The notes under the pieces were generated by a model. The model did no database searches and had not been told where the DNA came from. It saw only the letters and a list, made by a program, of their open reading frames with translations. DNA of 29,228 bases from NCBI GenBank assembly GCA_965649265.1, contig CBFGKC010000020.1, positions 1 through 29,228 on the forward strand, written 5' to 3'. Positions within the stretch are counted from its first letter, which is position 1; each line of letters begins with the position of its first letter. Source of the DNA: a candidate division WOR-3 bacterium (GTDB lineage Bacteria; Hydrothermota; Tepidihabitantia; B3-TA06). Positions 26,203-29,228 of the stretch are shown in pieces. The position numbers and the translations under genes are program-made.

Positions 26203-28841
26203 CGTTCTTTTTGCTCTTATCTATATTGGGAGCAGGCGTACAAGGACCGTTCATAAATAAAACCTTCATTGAACCTGAAGAAAACTCGAATCTTCTGTTC
26301 CTTGAGAAAGGCACTGTAGACGCCGGCATCCCTCAAGACCTTCAAGAAACAAGCACGAATCGCTTTGTGGTAAAATTCGACCACCCCATCACCGAAAACG
26401 ACAGGTCACTCTTGAAGCAAAACGGCTTGATTGTTGAAGGCTACCTGCCCGACTACGCATTTCTTGTTACCTGTAAAAAAGATAATGTCGCCTCGCTTAT
26501 GAACCGGAAAAGCCTGAGTTGGGCTTCACCCTACAAAGCGGAATGGAAAGCAGCCCCCTCACTTTTTGGCAATGAGAATCTGCCTGACACTATCCACGTT
26601 TGGCTCTTTAACGATGCCCTTGTCAATGAGATTTCAGAGGAAATAAAAACGAATCTCGGAGCCGTGGTCTATTCATCTCACGACGGACTCAACAAGACCT
26701 TGCTGATTTCGATAGATAGATCGAGAATAATGGAATTGGCCTCGCTGAACGCCGTGCGCTGGATAGAACCCTTTTACGCTCCGGAATTCTTCAACGACAA
26801 TGCTCAATGGGTGTTACAAAGCTGGAAAGAAAACATAAGAGACCTCTGGACTCGCGGGCTTGACGGCACCGGCGTGGTGGCAAGCACAGGCGACGCCGGA
26901 CTCACAACAACTCACGTGATGTTCAGGGATTCAACAACGACAATCACAACCTGGGGGGACTTCCCCGATCACAGGAAGGTAATAGCCTACCAGCCGTCGG
27001 CCGCAGGGGCAGTCTTCGGCGACGACCCTTCGGTAGATTATCACGGCACTCACACCGCATGCACCGTCTGCGGTGAAGACTCGTACTGGGGGGGGACCTC
27101 CCCCTACGACGGCATGGCACCCGGGGCCAAGCTGTATTTTGTGGACGTCGGCAATAACGCCTCCGGAATAGCTTATCCGGCCGACTACAATGACATGTAC
27201 CTGATGCCGCGGAATGGAAACCAGGGCGGCAAGGCGAAGCTCATGTCAAACAGCTGGGGATCGGGCGGTGCGCTGCGCAGCTACGACATTCCTTCGCGCC
27301 AGACGGATGAGTTCATCTGGAACCATCCCGATTTCCTTATCTTCTATTCCGCAGGCAACTCGGGCGGCTCCGGGATATCACCCCCGGCCACGGCCAAGAA
27401 CATCGTCACCGTGGGAGCAACCGGCAACGGTTATTCCGCAACCACGCCGGCAAGCTTTTCGAGCCTGGGTCCTACCGCCGACGGGCGGCTGAAGCCGACG
27501 ATCACCGCTCCCGGGATGCTCATGTCCGCGAACGGCGGCGGCACGGATTCCTATCAGTTCATGGAAGGAACGAGCATGTCATCGCCGGCGGCGGCCGGAA
27601 TATGCGTGCTTTTGGCCCAGTATTTCCGTGAAGGTTGGTATCCCTCCGGGACGAACACCTTCAAATCTCAAGACAGCCTGGACCCTTCCGCCGCACTTCT
27701 CAAGGCTCTTTTAATCAACTCCGCCATAGCCGACTTCTCGAACCCAATACCCAACAATTCGGTCGGATGGGGCAGGATTTGCCTTGATTCAGTCCTTTAC
27801 TTTCAGGGGGCGACGAAACAGCTTTTCGTTCACGACAATACAACGGGATTGGAAACAGGTGACGACGCGGTCTATCTCGTGGATGTTACCGGAAAGGATT
27901 GGCCTCTGCGTGCCACACTCGTCTGGTCCGATCCCCCGCCAGAAATCTCTGCATTAAAAAAACTCGTAAACGATCTTGACATACAAGCAGAATCCCCGAC
28001 AGGCAAGATATACAAGGGCAGTGTTTTTGCAGACGGGTTCTCGACAACCGGGGGAACGAAGGATGCCACAAACGTCGAAGAGTGCATCCGAATCAACAAG
28101 CCTGAACTCGGCACATGGAAGATACACGTTCTCGCTGCCAACGTACCTCAAGGCCCGCAGCCTTACGCACTTGCATTGACCGGCGTGCTCGAACCAAAAG
28201 AAGTCAGTTTTGAGGTTTCAGGAACAAGGATCGATGATTCATCAAGCCCGTCACCAAACAAGGCAATTGATCCGGGTGAATCTGTTCTTATTTTTCCGAG
28301 ACTTTTTAACAAGGGAAATGTTGAAGCGGCCAACGTAAACGCCACTATCGCCTGTTCGGACTCTAACTTGACCGTTACCGACTCGTCGGCCGAATATGGC
28401 ACCATCCAGACGAACGTTTATGCTGAAGGCTCCGGGTTCGCCGTGACGCTTTCTCCAGACGCAAGCCCGGGCGACACCCTCGGCTTCGTTCTTATCGCAG
28501 AAAGCAACGGCGGATCGGAAATTGACACAGTCCTTTTCCAGACTATAGTAGGATTATCCGGAATAGAAGAGAAAAGGCCGGAAGCAGTCCCTGTGATATC
28601 GTGTCCGTTTGTCTTAAAACAGGGTTCGAAGATACATTTAGAACTACCCGGAAATCAACGGGTGGTTTTGGAGATTTTTGACGTAACAGGCAGAAGAGTT
28701 GAACTTCTCGCAAACGGGAATTACAATGCCGGCACTCACGAATTTGTGGTTCAGGACAGAAAGACTCAAGGGGTTTATTTCATATTCTTCAACACGAACG
28801 GCCACCAACAGAGGATCAAAACAATAGTTTTGGGTCATTAA
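26199..28841 (+). CDS. Secreted S8 subtilisin-like protease (KP-43-like) with T9SS/Por-type C-terminal domain
   Basis: Triad GDAG, HGTHT, GTSMS; AGN oxyanion site; TLVWSDP..LVNDLD and NVE..QPYAL beta domain; FDVTGR..GVYFI tail. Confidence 0.93.
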   Translation: MTFFLLLSILGAGVQGPFINKTFIEPEENSNLLFLEKGTVDAGIPQDLQETSTNRFVVKFDHPITENDRSLLKQNGLIVEGYLPDYAFLVTCKKDNVASLMNRKSLSWASPYKAEWKAAPSLFGNENLPDTIHVWLFNDALVNEISEEIKTNLGAVVYSSHDGLNKTLLISIDRSRIMELASLNAVRWIEPFYAPEFFNDNAQWVLQSWKENIRDLWTRGLDGTGVVASTGDAGLTTTHVMFRDSTTTITTWGDFPDHRKVIAYQPSAAGAVFGDDPSVDYHGTHTACTVCGEDSYWGGTSPYDGMAPGAKLYFVDVGNNASGIAYPADYNDMYLMPRNGNQGGKAKLMSNSWGSGGALRSYDIPSRQTDEFIWNHPDFLIFYSAGNSGGSGISPPATAKNIVTVGATGNGYSATTPASFSSLGPTADGRLKPTITAPGMLMSANGGGTDSYQFMEGTSMSSPAAAGICVLLAQYFREGWYPSGTNTFKSQDSLDPSAALLKALLINSAIADFSNPIPNNSVGWGRICLDSVLYFQGATKQLFVHDNTTGLETGDDAVYLVDVTGKDWPLRATLVWSDPPPEISALKKLVNDLDIQAESPTGKIYKGSVFADGFSTTGGTKDATNVEECIRINKPELGTWKIHVLAANVPQGPQPYALALTGVLEPKEVSFEVSGTRIDDSSSPSPNKAIDPGESVLIFPRLFNKGNVEAANVNATIACSDSNLTVTDSSAEYGTIQTNVYAEGSGFAVTLSPDASPGDTLGFVLIAESNGGSEIDTVLFQTIVGLSGIEEKRPEAVPVISCPFVLKQGSKIHLELPGNQRVVLEIFDVTGRRVELLANGNYNAGTHEFVVQDRKTQGVYFIFFNTNGHQQRIKTIVLGH

Positions 28842-28854
28842 GACAAAAGCATCG

Positions 28855-28882
28855 TTGATAGTCTAACAGGGTTGGATAGAGT
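28855..28882 (+). promoter_or_regulatory. sigma70-like promoter
   Basis: TTGATA-16 bp-TAGAGT. Confidence 0.5.
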
Positions 28883-28970
28883 TTAAGAAGAAAAAATAAA
28901 ACTTCAAGCAGCAGTTTTAATGCAGTTTAAGTGCAATTAAAACATTGCTAACGAAAGGAACAGAATAGCG

Positions 28971-29228
28971 ATGCACGTTTCCTTGTTTTTGTTAATTTTA
29001 GGCGCATTACCAGTAAAGGGAACTTTTACCCCACAATCCTTACCTGATGCGCATTTGATTCAGATGCGAGCGAGAACGATAGACACAAAAACAGCCGCAC
29101 TTAATTATGGGAATGAAGAGAATTTAACTACATCCCGCCGCTTAATCATACATTTCGATCACCCGATAAGGGGGATGGAAAAAGAAATATTAAAATCCAA
29201 CGGACTTTCCGTTGAAAGTTATCTTCCG
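28971..29228 (+). CDS. N-terminus of a second secreted protein paralogous to the S8 protease prodomain (3' truncated)
   Basis: MHVSLFLLILGA...RLIIHFDHPI...LKSNGLSVESYLP aligns with RFVVKFDHPI...LKQNGLIVEGYLP. Confidence 0.8.
   Translation, partial: MHVSLFLLILGALPVKGTFTPQSLPDAHLIQMRARTIDTKTAALNYGNEENLTTSRRLIIHFDHPIRGMEKEILKSNGLSVESYLP

Noticed and set aside
28908-28942. GCAGTTT(T)AA-like triplet upstream of the last ORF as an operator
   Set aside because: Only three short degenerate units in AT-rich sequence; too little support.

Overview
A mostly housekeeping and secretome region from a diderm bacterium. Secreted proteins with Por/T9SS-type C-terminal domains, a Na+-type A/V-ATPase and a GlmL-like protein suggest an FCB-related lineage such as WOR-3, but that placement is inference. 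The window holds two diverged copies of an uncharacterised three-gene module (small cytoplasmic protein, standalone 7-8TM sensor-type protein, outer-membrane beta-barrel). It also holds three beta-propeller proteins, three tandem cyclophilin lipoproteins, a truncated A/V-ATPase operon (H-I-K-E), acpP-fabF-etfB-etfA(Fd)-coaE, a YbjQ-like lipoprotein, and gcvPB-hypothetical-glmL-S8 protease followed by the start of a second S8 paralog. Most striking is a dispersed short palindromic element (GGGGTCCCC-stem-GNA mini-hairpin-stem-GGGGTG). It fills intergenic regions and also sits in frame, in the same reading frame, inside coaE and ATPase subunit I. coaE also has a homopolymer frameshift. Ten of the 11 sigma70-like promoters found have a 16-bp spacer. 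No rRNA, tRNA, CRISPR array or transposase was seen.
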